DNA of 64,000 bases from Vulcanimicrobiota bacterium (GCA_963733295.1 CAVTCS010000003.1:2048001-2112000); one strand, 5' to 3'; positions 32,109-43,177 are shown, numbered from the stretch's first letter. Translations and numbers: made by a program. Notes: generated from the sequence alone by a model not told the origin.

Positions 32109-33684
32109 CTACGGATTCCGCCGAAGACCCCCGAGCAGACGCTTTAGCACCCAAAGGCGGCTCGCGTACGTCGCTTGGATCGCAGCGTCGGTCTGCGCGA
32201 TCTCCTCGAGCACTCGGCGCAGTTCCGCCCGCGTTTGTTCGATCGCAGACCGGTTTAGGCGCGCAACCGATGCCTCGAAGTTCACGCGCTCTTCCTTTGC
32301 CCTGGCCAGTTCTTTAGCCGCCACGGCTAGTTCCTTGGCGAGCTGTGTCTCATACTGGGCTTGCATCTGCACAATTCTTGTCCGCTCGTTCGCTAGCTGC
32401 TGCCGGTCGCGTTCGACCTCTGACGCGAGCTGGCTCGAGCGCTGGCGCTCGGTCTCGACCTGTGATGCGAGCCGGTTCGAGCGCTGCCGTTTCGTCTTCG
32501 AGCTTTGCGTCTTGGTAGCGCAAATCGGCCGACAGATGCTCGTGCATCACCTGCGCTGCTGCAAGCGCTGCGGCCAGGCTCGCGATATCGTCGCGGCGTT
32601 CCGCAGCCTCGCAATCGAGGTCGGCCGCACCGTCGCGCGGCGCGTCGAGCTTGTCTTGCAGAGTGGAGTTGCGTTCGCGGGCGGCGTGCAGCTCGACATC
32701 GAACGCGCAGATGCGTGCGATGAGTTCGGTGACGCGTTCGTCATCGTTGAGCGGAACCGCTTTGACGATGAACTGGACGGTGTCGTGTTCGGGGTCGCTG
32801 CGAATCTTTGCCACGAGGTCGTCATCGAAATCGGCCGGATCGAGCTGCGTGGGGACATCGCTCGCGGAGAACAGCTCCGCCTTCGTTCGACGAATCTCTT
32901 CGATGCGATACCCACTCCGCATGCAGAGTTCGTGGATCGAGCGCAGCGTGAAAAAGCGTAAGTGCGTCGAATCGAGCCGGCCCTCCGGCTGATAATCGAA
33001 GGAGCCGCGAAGCAACGATAGTCGCACGGAGCGGTGCGCTTCGTGGATCGAGCGCAGCGAGAAAAAGCGTAAGTGCGTCGAATCAAGCAGACCCAGTGGC
33101 TGATAATCGAAGGAGGCGCGAAGCAACGATAGTCGCACGGAGCCGTGCGCGATGTTCGGGATCGAGAGGACCGCGAAAGATCCCGGTTTCAAGAACGCGC
33201 GCGTCTCGTCAAAGACCCGCCACGGGTCGCGTAGATGCTCGAGGACGTCTCCGAAGATGGCGACGTCGAACGGTGTTCCCGGGAGCAAGTCTACGAGGGG
33301 TCGCGCATCGAGGTCGGCCACGATGACTTCCTCGCAATACGCCCGTGCCTCGGTAGCCGCAAGCGGGTCCGCCTCGACCCCCGTGACCTGGCAGTTCCGC
33401 TGCCTAAGAAGGCGCGACATGTAGCCGTTCGAGCAGCCAAGCTCGAGGACGCGCTTGCCGACGCCCACCATTTCGAGCATGAGCGCACGGCTCGTCTCGG
33501 CTTCCGGTCTCGAAACTGGTCGTGCCGGGGGTGGGGGAAAAGGCTGCGTCTCGGGTCGATCACCTTGGTCTCCCGCGGTTGCGGTCCGGCGGCAAAGATT
33601 CTCAGCGAGGGGTATGGGTACCGCTCGCCAGAAACTCGCGTCCATCCGTTCGACATTCCTGCGACTGTTGGCGGAATTTATCAA
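32109..33684 (-). CDS. Class I SAM methyltransferase with C-terminal coiled coil (WbdD-like architecture; frameshifts in 3' part)
   Basis: VLELGCSNG, DVLEHL, GLLDSTHLRFF; heptad-rich tail ending SRLW. Confidence 0.82.
32930..33150 (-). repeat. 111-bp in-frame tandem duplication inside the methyltransferase
   Basis: AHGSVRLSLLRASFDYQPLGLLDSTHLRFFSLRSIHE followed by AHRSVRLSLLRGSFDYQPEGRLDSTHLRFFTLRSIHE. Confidence 0.9.
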
Positions 33685-33692
33685 AGGACTCG

Positions 33693-35757
33693 ATGAACGG
33701 GCGCGATTCGGTTTACGGAACTGAACTGACGAACAGTTTACGGGAGCTCGCGGGGGCGGGCAACGTCTCGAGGAGCTGCGGGCGGCCTATGCAGTCGTTG
33801 AGAACAGCCGCTTCGCATTGCTTCGCAGAGCGGTTCGCAGCCTGCGAGCCGCCGTGCGCCTTGGTCGCGTGGAAGCCCCGCTGATCGTCGCAAATCCACG
33901 CCCCTTGGGACGCGCGCAGCTGCAACCCTACGGCAACGAGATCGTCAATCGGATTATCGAATCCGAGCGGGATCGCCTGATGCTGTTGGAAGCGATGCTC
34001 GCTCAGCGTTCTCGTGCGACGCTTGCGGGCGACTACGAGAAATGGTTGTCGGTGTATCAAGTTCGTTCGTCGGACGCGATGCGGATGCGCGAGATGTCCG
34101 AGGCGCTGCCGCGGCGCGTGGTGATCAGCGTGATCATGGCGACGTACGAGACTCCCGAACGGTTTTTGCGCGAGGCGATCGAGTCGGTGCTCGCGCAAGC
34201 CTATCCCAATTGGGAGTTGTGCATCGCCGACGACGCCTCCAAAGAGCGGCACGTCCGCAAAGTACTCGAGAAGTACGCCGCACTGGACCCGCGCATCAAG
34301 GTGATCTATCGCGCCCAGAACGGCCACATCGCCGCGGCGAGCAACTCGGCACTGGCTTTGGCGACAGGCGAGTTCGTGGGTTTTCTCGATCACGACGATA
34401 CGCTTTCGCCCGACGCGCTCTTTGAAGTCGCGCTGACGATCAACCGCTATCCCGACGTCGACATGCTCTACTCCGATGAGGACAAGATCGACGAGGCGGG
34501 ACTCTACTGCGAGCCGCACTTCAAACCCGACTGGTCGCCCAACTCGTTCCTCTCGCGAATGTACACCTGCCACTTTGGGGTGTACCGGCGTGCGCTGGTC
34601 GAGGAACTGGGTGGGTTGCGCGTCGAGTTTGCCGGCAGCCAAGACTACGATTTGGTCTTGCGCTTGAGCGAGCGGACCGAGCGGATTCGCCACATCCCGC
34701 GCGTGCTTTACCACTGGCGCAAGCACAGCGGCTCGGCCTCGGGGATCTCGCGCGCCAAGCCCTACAGTTCGCGGGCTGCCGAGCGGGCCATCGCCGAAGC
34801 ACTCGAGCGGCGGGGCGAACCGGGTACGGTTGCCGAGCGCGCCGACTGCGCGGGGGTGTACCTGGTGCGCTATGCGATCCGCGACCCCAAACGGGTCAGC
34901 GTGATCGTTCCCACGCGCGATCACGGTGAGGACGTGGAGCGCTGCCTCTCTTCGCTCTTTGCCAAGGCGGGCTATAAGGACCTCGAGGTGATCCTGCTCG
35001 ATAACGGCAGCACCGAGAAAGCGTCGCTTGCGACCTTCGAGCGCTGGGCGAAAAAGGAGCCGCGCGTGCGCGTGGTGCGCTACAACGTGCCCTTCAACTT
35101 CTCGCGTATCAACAACTACGCTGTCAGCAAGAGCACCGGCCACTACGTGCTCTTCCTCAACAACGATACCGAAGCCAAGAGCGCGGGCTGGATTGCGGCC
35201 ATGGTCGAGCAGGCGCAGCGTCCCAGCATCGGGGCTGTCGGTGCGCTGCTGCTCGATCCCGACGACACGGTCCAGCACGCCGGGGTCGTCATCGGCCTGG
35301 GCGGGGTGGCCGGTCACAGCCACAAGCACTTTCCCCTCGCGGCCAACGGTCACGCCAACATGCTCAAAGCGATCAACAACTACTCGGCGGTGACCGGCGC
35401 TTGCCCGATGACCCGGCGCGAGGTTTTCGAGCGGGTCGGGGGCTTTGACGAGGAGCTCACCGTCGCGTTCAACGACATCGATTTGTGCCTCAAGATCGTC
35501 GCAGCCGGTTACCGCATCGTCAACCTGCCACACGTTCAGCTCTACCACTTCGAATCCAAAAGTCGCGGAGACGAATCGACCGCCGAGAACAGGCTCGCTT
35601 CGTGTGCGAAGTCGAGATCATGCTAAAGCGCTGGGAGACAAATCACCGGTTGGACCCGCAGTACAACATAAATCTGACGATCAGCCGGGAGGACTACGCA
35701 CCGAGCGTACGCGGGCAAGAACTGCCTCTCGAGCTGGGGCTCGCGATCGCACAATGA
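33693..35757 (+). CDS. Two-domain GT2 glycosyltransferase, copy B (frameshifts near both ends)
   Basis: Same GT2 motifs as copy A with distinct N- and C-termini; stop overlaps the rmlB start. Confidence 0.9.
34079..35563 (+). repeat. Right arm of ~1.48 kb inverted repeat (GT2 core)
   Basis: From ATGCGGATGCGCGAG to GAATCCAAAAG, matches the reverse complement of 29422-30900. Confidence 0.92.
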
Positions 35758-36774
35758 GCACCTGGCTCGTACCGGCGGCCTCGGCTTCATCGGCTCGCAT
35801 TTCGTCCGGCTCGTCACTACGCGAGCGGCCCGGCGTCACGATCGTGAATCTCGACGCGATGACGTATGCCGGCGAATCCGGAGAACCTCGCGACGTCGAG
35901 CCGCGACCCGCGCTACGCGTTCGTCCGCGGCGACATCTGCGACGCCGCCGCGGTCGAACGGCGATCGCCGGACGGCGATCGACGCGATCGTGAATTTCGC
36001 CGCCGAGACGCACGTCGACCGCTCGATCCTCGATCCCGAAGCGTTTCTGCGCACCGACATTCTCGGCACGCACGTCTTGCTCGAAGCCGTGCGCGAGCAC
36101 GCATCGCGCGCTTCCTGCAAGTCTCGACCGACGAAGTCTACGGCGACGTCGCCGAGCGGAGTTCGCCGAGGAACGTGACGCGCTCCGCCGCGCTCGCCAT
36201 ACGCCGCCAGCAAAGCCGGCGGCGACCTTCAGGTGCTCGCGTACGGCACGACGTACGGCACGCCCGTACTCATCACGCGCGGCTCGCAACACTTACGGCC
36301 CGTACCAGTATCCCGAGAAGCTGATCCCGCTCTTCGTCACCAATCTGATCGACGGCGAACCGGTGCCGCTCTACGGCGACGGCGGTCAAATTCGCGACTG
36401 GCTTCACGTCGAGGATCACGCGCGCGGCATCCTGCACGTCCTCGAACATGGCGACGCGGTGCACGTCTACAACCTCGGCGGCGGCAATCCGCGCACCAAC
36501 CTCGAGATCACCGAACGGCTCGTCGAGCTCTGCGGCCGGCGCTTGGAGACGCACGTCGGCACGTCACCGACCGGCCGGTCACGACCGGCGCTATTCCCTC
36601 GATGCGGCGAAGGCTGCGCGCCCTGGGCTGGCGCCGCGGTGCGATTCGAGGAGGGCCTCGCCGCACGGTGCACGCTGGTACCGGGACAACGAAGCCTGGT
36701 GGCGGCCGATAAAAAGTCCGGCGAGCTTCGCGGAGTATTACAGGCAGCAGTACGCCGAGAGAGGGGGGCAGTGA
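35754..36774 (+). CDS. rfbB: dTDP-glucose 4,6-dehydratase (many frameshifts)
   Basis: GGLGFIGSHF, FAAETHVDRSI, VSTDEVYG, YPEKLIP and RDWLHVEDH across frames. Confidence 0.88.
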
Positions 36775-37531
36775 AGGGTATCATTCTTGCCGGCGGCCTC
36801 GGCATCGCGGCTGCGCCCGCTAACAAAAGTCACGAACAAGCATCTGCTGCCGGTCTACGACAAGCCGATGATCTACTATCCGATCGAGACGCTGTGCGAG
36901 GCGGGCATCACCGAGATCATGATCGTCACCGGCGGCAACTCGGCCGGCGATTTTCTGCGGCTGCTCGGCAACGGCACGCGAGTTCGGGCTCAAGGACATC
37001 GACTACACCTATCAGGAAGGCGAGGGCGGCATCGCCGACGCGCTGAAGCTGTGCGAGCACTTCGCCGAAGGCGACCGATCTGCGTCATGCTCGGCGACAA
37101 CATCATCGAAGACGACATCGCGGCCGTCCGCGAACGCGTTCGAGGCCCAGACGCAGCGGCGCGCGCATTCTGCTGAAAGAGGTTCACCGATCCGGAACGC
37201 TTCGGCGTGCCGGAACTCGACGGCGAGCGCATCGTCGCGCATCGAAGAAAAGCCCGAAGCACCCGAAGAGCGAATTACGCCGTGACCGGCATCTACATGT
37301 ACGACGCGGCGCGTCTTCGACTACATCCGCACGCTCAAACCTTCCGCGCGCAGCGAACTCGAAATCACCGACGTCAACAACGCGTACATCGACGCCGGCG
37401 ACCTTTGCTACGACATCCTCGACGGCTGGTGGACGGATGCCGGTCAATTCGAGAGTCTGCACCTGGCTGCAAATCTCGTGGCTGCCGAACGTGAGCGGGC
37501 GAGAGCACCGCTCGTCGCAGCGGCTCGCTGA
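36771..37531 (+). CDS. rfbA: Glucose-1-phosphate thymidylyltransferase (many frameshifts)
   Basis: [46 protein letters not shown]. Confidence 0.88.
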
Positions 37532-37535
37532 ACGA

Positions 37536-38411
37536 ATGCGCGTCCTCATCGTCGGCGCAGGCGGTCAACTTGGAGCGGATCTCGTTCGCGCGTTCGCGGA
37601 TTTGGGGCCTATCGGACTCGATCATAAGGCGCTCGATATCGAGGTGTCTTCATCCGTCAGCCGTACCTTAGCTCGTTACCGGCCCACGGTCGTCATCAAC
37701 ACGGCGGCATTCCACAATGTCGAAGTCTGCGAGACGCGCCCCGACCGCGCGTTTGCGGTGAACGCGCTTGCGGTCGATGATCTCGCCGCGCAGTGCGCGT
37801 TGGCCGGAGCACAACTCGTCCACGTCAGCACGGACTATGTCTTCGACGGCCATTCGCCGGTGGCGTACGGCGAAGGCTCACCGACGAATCCACTGAGTGC
37901 GTACGGCACCTCAAAGCTAGCAGGCGAACTGCTGATCAAGCGGCACCTCGACGATTATTTCATCATCCGCACGAGTGGGCTTTACGGTATCCGCGGTAGC
38001 AGTGTCAAGGGCTATACCTTTATCGAGCGGATTCTAACGCAAGCGGGCGAAGGCCGGCCCCTCGATGTCGTCAACGATATCACGTTCTCGCCGTCCTACA
38101 CTCGTCACGTAGCCGAGGCCATCCGGCGGATCATAGAGCGTGGCTCATTCGGAACGTATCATGTGACGAATACCGGACAGTGCACGTGGTACGAATTCGC
38201 GCGCGAAATCTTGCTCCAAGCCGGCATCACGACCGAATTACGTGAGACGACGTCCGAGCGCTTCCCCACGCTAGCACGCAGACCGAAATTTTCCGCGTTG
38301 CGCCACGGCGCGATGGACGCCCTCGGGTTTCCCCCGATGCCGAGCTGGAGCGAAGGCATCCGCGACTACCTCCGCGAGCGTCAACTAACTCCAGCCGGCA
38401 TCCCTGCTTAA
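37536..38411 (+). CDS. rfbD: dTDP-4-dehydrorhamnose reductase
   Basis: GAGGQLG, STDYVFDG, YGTSK. Confidence 0.95.
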   Translation: MRVLIVGAGGQLGADLVRAFADLGPIGLDHKALDIEVSSSVSRTLARYRPTVVINTAAFHNVEVCETRPDRAFAVNALAVDDLAAQCALAGAQLVHVSTDYVFDGHSPVAYGEGSPTNPLSAYGTSKLAGELLIKRHLDDYFIIRTSGLYGIRGSSVKGYTFIERILTQAGEGRPLDVVNDITFSPSYTRHVAEAIRRIIERGSFGTYHVTNTGQCTWYEFAREILLQAGITTELRETTSERFPTLARRPKFSALRHGAMDALGFPPMPSWSEGIRDYLRERQLTPAGIPA

Positions 38412-38427
38412 AGACGACGGCGGCGCG

Positions 38428-39603
38428 GTGCCACAAATGGTCGATGAGATCATTTATCACCTCGATTCGCCAAGCCCGGAAGCGCTCGTCGAGGCGCAAA
38501 GACTCAACGTGCAAGGCTGGGTCGCCTGTTCTCCGGCGCGGAGAATCGCCGAGGTCTCAATCGCCACTCGAACAGGTAGACAACCTCTATCTCTTGCGGA
38601 TCGGCCGGACGTAGTCGCGAGCGTTCCTCACCTCAACAGTACGGGATTCGAAGGTCAGGTCGAGCCCGATGGCCTCGCCGCACCAATTACGATCTTCTTC
38701 CGCTTTGAAAACGGGACCCTCGAACAGCGTTCGCTAAGCCTCCGCGTCTCCCAGGAATCAGACGAAGATTTTGAAAGGCGGAAGGCCGCGAAGCTTGCAA
38801 GGATTGCTGCGATTCTTAGTTGTCCGCATTGCAAGACAAGCATCACGACGCAGGCGACGAATCCCTCGATCGCGTGTGCTTGTTGCGGAAACTCGTATCG
38901 CCGCGAGCGGTATGCCTTGGATTTCTTGACCGAAGAACTTCGAGCTCGCGCAAAGGTCTTTCCCGTCGAGGCGGTGTCGTCAAACGAGTACGATCCCGTA
39001 ACGATCGAAATGATCTCTCGGCACCACGACGGGCTGGTTCTTGACAACGGCAGTGGCCTACGGTCGACGTACTATTCGAACGTCGTAAACCTCGACGTTG
39101 TCGGATACAAAACGACAGACATCATCGGAATCGGCGAAAGCCTACCTTTTCGCGATGCTTCGTTCGATGCCGTAATAAGCATCGCCGTGCTCGAACATGT
39201 CCGCAATCCTTTTGACGCAGCCCGAGAGATCGAGCGTGTTCTCAAGCCGGGCGGCGAAATCTACATCGCCGTTCCGTTCCTCCAGCCGTTTCACGGATAC
39301 CCGGATCATTACTACAACATGACATCGAGCGGCTTGAGGAACTTATTTCCCGGCCTGCACGAGATTTCGATGAGCGTCCCTCTAGCCGGACGTCCGATTT
39401 GGACGGTTTCGTGGCTCCTCAACTCTTGGGCAGCTGACCTGCCCGCTGAGGAGCGCGCCGATTTCTGCTCTCTAAAAGTGGCAGATTTGATGGCAAATCC
39501 CATCAGCCAGTTGCATAAGCGCTACGTCATGGCGCTGCCCGAACCCGCCAACGAACGGCTCGCATGCGTCAACGTGTTCCGCGCAACGAAGCCGCACGCC
39601 TAA
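38428..39603 (+). CDS. Class I SAM methyltransferase with N-terminal GW...RPDV module and CxxC-CxxC zinc ribbon
   Basis: VLDNGSG, LPFRDASFD, VLEHV, HGYPDHY; CPHC...CACC. Confidence 0.85.
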   Translation: MPQMVDEIIYHLDSPSPEALVEAQRLNVQGWVACSPARRIAEVSIATRTGRQPLSLADRPDVVASVPHLNSTGFEGQVEPDGLAAPITIFFRFENGTLEQRSLSLRVSQESDEDFERRKAAKLARIAAILSCPHCKTSITTQATNPSIACACCGNSYRRERYALDFLTEELRARAKVFPVEAVSSNEYDPVTIEMISRHHDGLVLDNGSGLRSTYYSNVVNLDVVGYKTTDIIGIGESLPFRDASFDAVISIAVLEHVRNPFDAAREIERVLKPGGEIYIAVPFLQPFHGYPDHYYNMTSSGLRNLFPGLHEISMSVPLAGRPIWTVSWLLNSWAADLPAEERADFCSLKVADLMANPISQLHKRYVMALPEPANERLACVNVFRATKPHA

Positions 39604-39604
39604 C

Positions 39605-40468
39605 ATGGAAAGACTCGACAAGGTTCGTCATCGACTCGATAAGACGATGCGCGGCATCGAGATTGGCCCGAGTTTCAATCCAATTGTTCCGAAAGCGGAG
39701 GGCTGGAACGTCGAGACGATCGACCATGCGACGCGCGAGGAACTCGTTGAGAAGTATCGTGGTCACGACGTCGACGTTTCGAAGATCGAACCGGTAGACT
39801 GGGTATGGAAGAGCGAGCGGCTTACCGACCTTCTCGGCGCGGAGCGACTCGGCACGTATGACTTTTTCATCGCCAGCCACGTCATCGAGCACTATCCCGA
39901 CCTGCTCGGTTTCTTCGAGGATGTCGAGGCTCTGCTTCGCGTTGGGGGGATCCTCTCGCTCGTGATCCCCGACAAGCGACACTGTTTCGACTTCTTCAAA
40001 CCTTTGACGCTTACGGGAGCCGTACTCACGGCTCACGACAACGGTTTAAAGCGTCACACCAAACGGACGGCCTTCGAGCACGTCGTCTACGGCAGTTTGC
40101 GCGATGGCATCGGTGCGTGGGACACACGTCAGGCCGGAGAACTGTCCCTCGCGCACAACTTGGAACAGGGCCGAATCGCGCTCGCTGAGCACAGCGAAGC
40201 CTCCGACGACCTGTACATCGACTATCACGCGTGGCAATTCGTGCCTTCGAGTTTCTTGCTTGTGATCGAAGAGCTTCGTCTCTTGGGGCACACGACGTTC
40301 GAAATCGAGCGCACGTTCGAACCCGCAGGTTGCGAATTCTACGTCTCTCTTCGCAAGAGCGGTCGAGGTTCAACCGAAAACCTGGCCGCGCCGGAGGTCA
40401 CCGCGCGTCGCCTCGAGCTCATGAAGCGCACGATGCGCGAGCTTTCGGAAGAGCCGGCTAGCCTTTAG
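39605..40468 (+). CDS. Class I SAM methyltransferase
   Basis: GIEIGP, ASHVIEH, PDKRHCFD. Confidence 0.85.
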   Translation: MERLDKVRHRLDKTMRGIEIGPSFNPIVPKAEGWNVETIDHATREELVEKYRGHDVDVSKIEPVDWVWKSERLTDLLGAERLGTYDFFIASHVIEHYPDLLGFFEDVEALLRVGGILSLVIPDKRHCFDFFKPLTLTGAVLTAHDNGLKRHTKRTAFEHVVYGSLRDGIGAWDTRQAGELSLAHNLEQGRIALAEHSEASDDLYIDYHAWQFVPSSFLLVIEELRLLGHTTFEIERTFEPAGCEFYVSLRKSGRGSTENLAAPEVTARRLELMKRTMRELSEEPASL

Positions 40469-40477
40469 ACGTCTGGG

Positions 40478-43177
40478 TTAGGCGTTATCGAGGGCCGCTT
40501 GCGCGGCGGCGAGGCGCGCGATCGGGACGCGGTAGGGCGAACACGAAACGTAGTCCAAACCAATCTCTTCGCAGAACGCGACGCTCGACGGCTCGCCGCC
40601 GTGCTCGCCGCAGATCCCGATCTTCAGGTCGGCGCGTGCCGAGCGTCCTCGCTCGACGGCCATTCGCATGAGTCCGCCGACGCCGACACGATCGAGCACC
40701 TGGAAGGGACTCTCCGGCAGTATCTTCTTCTCAAGGTAGACCGGGATGAACGACCGGTCTGCGTCATCCCGCGAATAGCCGTACGTCGTTTGCGTCAGAT
40801 CGTTGGTGCCGAACGAGAAAAACTCGGCTTCCTCGGCAAGTTGGTCGGCGACGACGCAAGCCCGCGGCAACTCGATCATCGTGCCGACGTGGTACGGGAC
40901 CGGCACGCCTTCTCGCGCAATGACCTCGTCGGCCACGCGGTGAGCCGCTTCGGCGGTAAAGTGCATCTCCTCGCGCGTCCCGACGCCTGGAATCATCACG
41001 TCGGGGCGAGCATCGATGCCGTCTCGGCGCAGCGCACAAGCCGCCTCGAAGATCGCCCGCACTTGCATCGCGTAGATTTCCGGGTAGACGATTCCGAGCC
41101 GGCAAACGCGCAACCCGAGCATCGGGTTCTCTTCGTGTAGCTGCCGAACGCGAGTCAGCAGAGCATCACGAGCGCGGAAACGCGCTGTATCGGTACCTTC
41201 AGTACACTTCAATTCCGTCGTTTCGACCAGCAGATCGTCGAGCGAGGGCAAGAACTCGTGAAGCGGCGGATCCAGTAAACGGATCGTCACGGGATATCCC
41301 GCCATCGCGGTTAGTATTCCCTTAAAATCTTCACGCTGAAAAACGAGCAGCTCCTCGAGTGCCGCGGTGCGGCCTTCGAGCGTGTCTTCCATAATCATGC
41401 GCTGCACTACCGGGAGCCGCGAAGGTTCCATGAACATATGCTCGGTGCGGCAGAGTCCGATGCCGGTGGCCCCGAGATCTCGCGCCTTCCGAGCGTCCTG
41501 CGGTGTATCCGCATTGGCCCAAACTCCAAGCCGTTTCGCGTCGTCGGCCCAGCTGAGGAACTCGGCAAGCCACGCGGGCAGCTCCGAAGGCGGATCGATT
41601 AATCTCAAGGTCCCGAGCGCGACCTTGCCGGTCGCGCCGTCGATCGTGATTTCGTCGCCCTGCTTCAACGGGTGTCCGCCCAGCGTGGCCGTCCGCGCGC
41701 GCTCGTCCATAATCAGAGCGGAGCAAGCGGTAACGCAGGGTTTGCCCATGCCGCGAGCGACGACGGCCGCGTGCGACGTCGCACCGCCTCGCGCGGTAAG
41801 CACGCCTCGCGCGGCGATCATGCCGTGCACGTCATCGGGAGTCGTTTCGCCCCGCACGAGGATCGTCGGCTTACCTTCGGCGGCCCAAGCCACGGCGGTA
41901 TCCGGTTCGAAGACGACAAAACCCGAAGCCGCGCCAGGAGAGGCGTTCAGACCCTTGGCCGCGACCTCGACGGTTTGGCGTGGGTCGATGCGCGCGTGAA
42001 ACAATTGGTCCAGCGAAGCCGCATCGACGCGGCGCAGTGCCTCGGTCCGATCGATGAGGCCCTCACGAACCATGTCGAGAGCCACGCGAACCGCGGCCTC
42101 GGCACTCCGCTTCGCGCTCCGCGTTTGCAGCATGTAGAGTTTGCCGCGTTCGACGGTGAACTCCAGGTCTTGCATGTCGCAGTAGTGACGTTCGAGTTTA
42201 TCCGCGATGTCGATGAATTGACGGTAGACGCCGGGCGCTATCTCGGCAAGATCCGAGATGGGTTCGGGCGTGCGAATGCCTGCCACGACGTCCTCGCCCT
42301 GGGCGTTGCGCAAATACTCGCCGAAAAGTTTCCGCTCTCCGGTATTGGGATCGCGCGTAAACGCGACGCCGGTGCCGGAATCGTCACCCAAATTTCCAAA
42401 GACCATCGAAACGACGCTGACAGCCGTTCCGAAGTCATCCGCTATCTTATTGAAGCGGCGGTAATCGATCGCCCGCTGGGAATTCCACGAGTCGAACACC
42501 GCGATAATTGCCAGACGCAACTGCTCGTGAACGTCCTGCGGAAATTCACGCCCGGTGAGTTCGCGGACTTTCTGCTTGAACGTCGCGATCACTCGCTTCC
42601 AGGTCGCGGCGTCGATTTCAGTATCGAGCTTCACGCCGAGCGCAGATTTCGCGTCTTCGATGACACGGTCGAACACAGAGCGTTCGACACCGAGCACGAT
42701 GTCGGAAAACATTGCGATGAAGCGACGGTAGGCGTCCATTGCGAAGCGCTCGTCACCCGACGCTGTCGCGAGCCCGGCGACCGTTTTGTCGTTGAGCCCG
42801 AGGTTGAGGACGGTGTCCATCATCCCTGGCATCGAGACCGGTGCCCCGCTCCGCACCGAAACGAGCAAAGGCTCGCGCGCGCCGCCAAAAGTTTTTCCGG
42901 TGCGTCGCTCGAGTTCGCCAACCGCGCGCTCGACGTCCGCCTCAAGCCCGTCGGGCATGCGGCGGCCGAGGCGGTAGAACTCCAGGCACACTTCAGTCGT
43001 GATCGTGAAGCCGGGCGGCACCGGCAAGCCGGCGCGGGTCATCTCCGCGAGCCCGGCACCCTTCCCGCCCAGCAAGTCGCGCATCTCGCCGCTGCCCTCT
43101 TCGAAGAAATAGAGCCGCTTCGGCTGCGCTCCATTGCGACGGGTCGCGGCGGGCTGAGTCGTGAGGATCTCAGACAT
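40478..43177 (-). CDS. ppdK: Pyruvate, phosphate dikinase
   Basis: LLGGKGAGLAEM, SVRSGA, GGATSHAAVVAR, CRTEHMF, GICGEHGG. Confidence 0.98.
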   Translation of the reverse strand: MSEILTTQPAATRRNGAQPKRLYFFEEGSGEMRDLLGGKGAGLAEMTRAGLPVPPGFTITTEVCLEFYRLGRRMPDGLEADVERAVGELERRTGKTFGGAREPLLVSVRSGAPVSMPGMMDTVLNLGLNDKTVAGLATASGDERFAMDAYRRFIAMFSDIVLGVERSVFDRVIEDAKSALGVKLDTEIDAATWKRVIATFKQKVRELTGREFPQDVHEQLRLAIIAVFDSWNSQRAIDYRRFNKIADDFGTAVSVVSMVFGNLGDDSGTGVAFTRDPNTGERKLFGEYLRNAQGEDVVAGIRTPEPISDLAEIAPGVYRQFIDIADKLERHYCDMQDLEFTVERGKLYMLQTRSAKRSAEAAVRVALDMVREGLIDRTEALRRVDAASLDQLFHARIDPRQTVEVAAKGLNASPGAASGFVVFEPDTAVAWAAEGKPTILVRGETTPDDVHGMIAARGVLTARGGATSHAAVVARGMGKPCVTACSALIMDERARTATLGGHPLKQGDEITIDGATGKVALGTLRLIDPPSELPAWLAEFLSWADDAKRLGVWANADTPQDARKARDLGATGIGLCRTEHMFMEPSRLPVVQRMIMEDTLEGRTAALEELLVFQREDFKGILTAMAGYPVTIRLLDPPLHEFLPSLDDLLVETTELKCTEGTDTARFRARDALLTRVRQLHEENPMLGLRVCRLGIVYPEIYAMQVRAIFEAACALRRDGIDARPDVMIPGVGTREEMHFTAEAAHRVADEVIAREGVPVPYHVGTMIELPRACVVADQLAEEAEFFSFGTNDLTQTTYGYSRDDADRSFIPVYLEKKILPESPFQVLDRVGVGGLMRMAVERGRSARADLKIGICGEHGGEPSSVAFCEEIGLDYVSCSPYRVPIARLAAAQAALDNA

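Noticed and set aside
33713..35548. Long antisense ORFs (this one, 41672-43318, 55479-56834 and similar)
   Set aside because: Shadow frames of high-GC coding genes on the opposite strand.
35754..37531. rfbB/rfbA as true pseudogenes
   Set aside because: Motifs are intact across frames and rfbC/rfbD are intact, so indel sequencing errors are more parsimonious.
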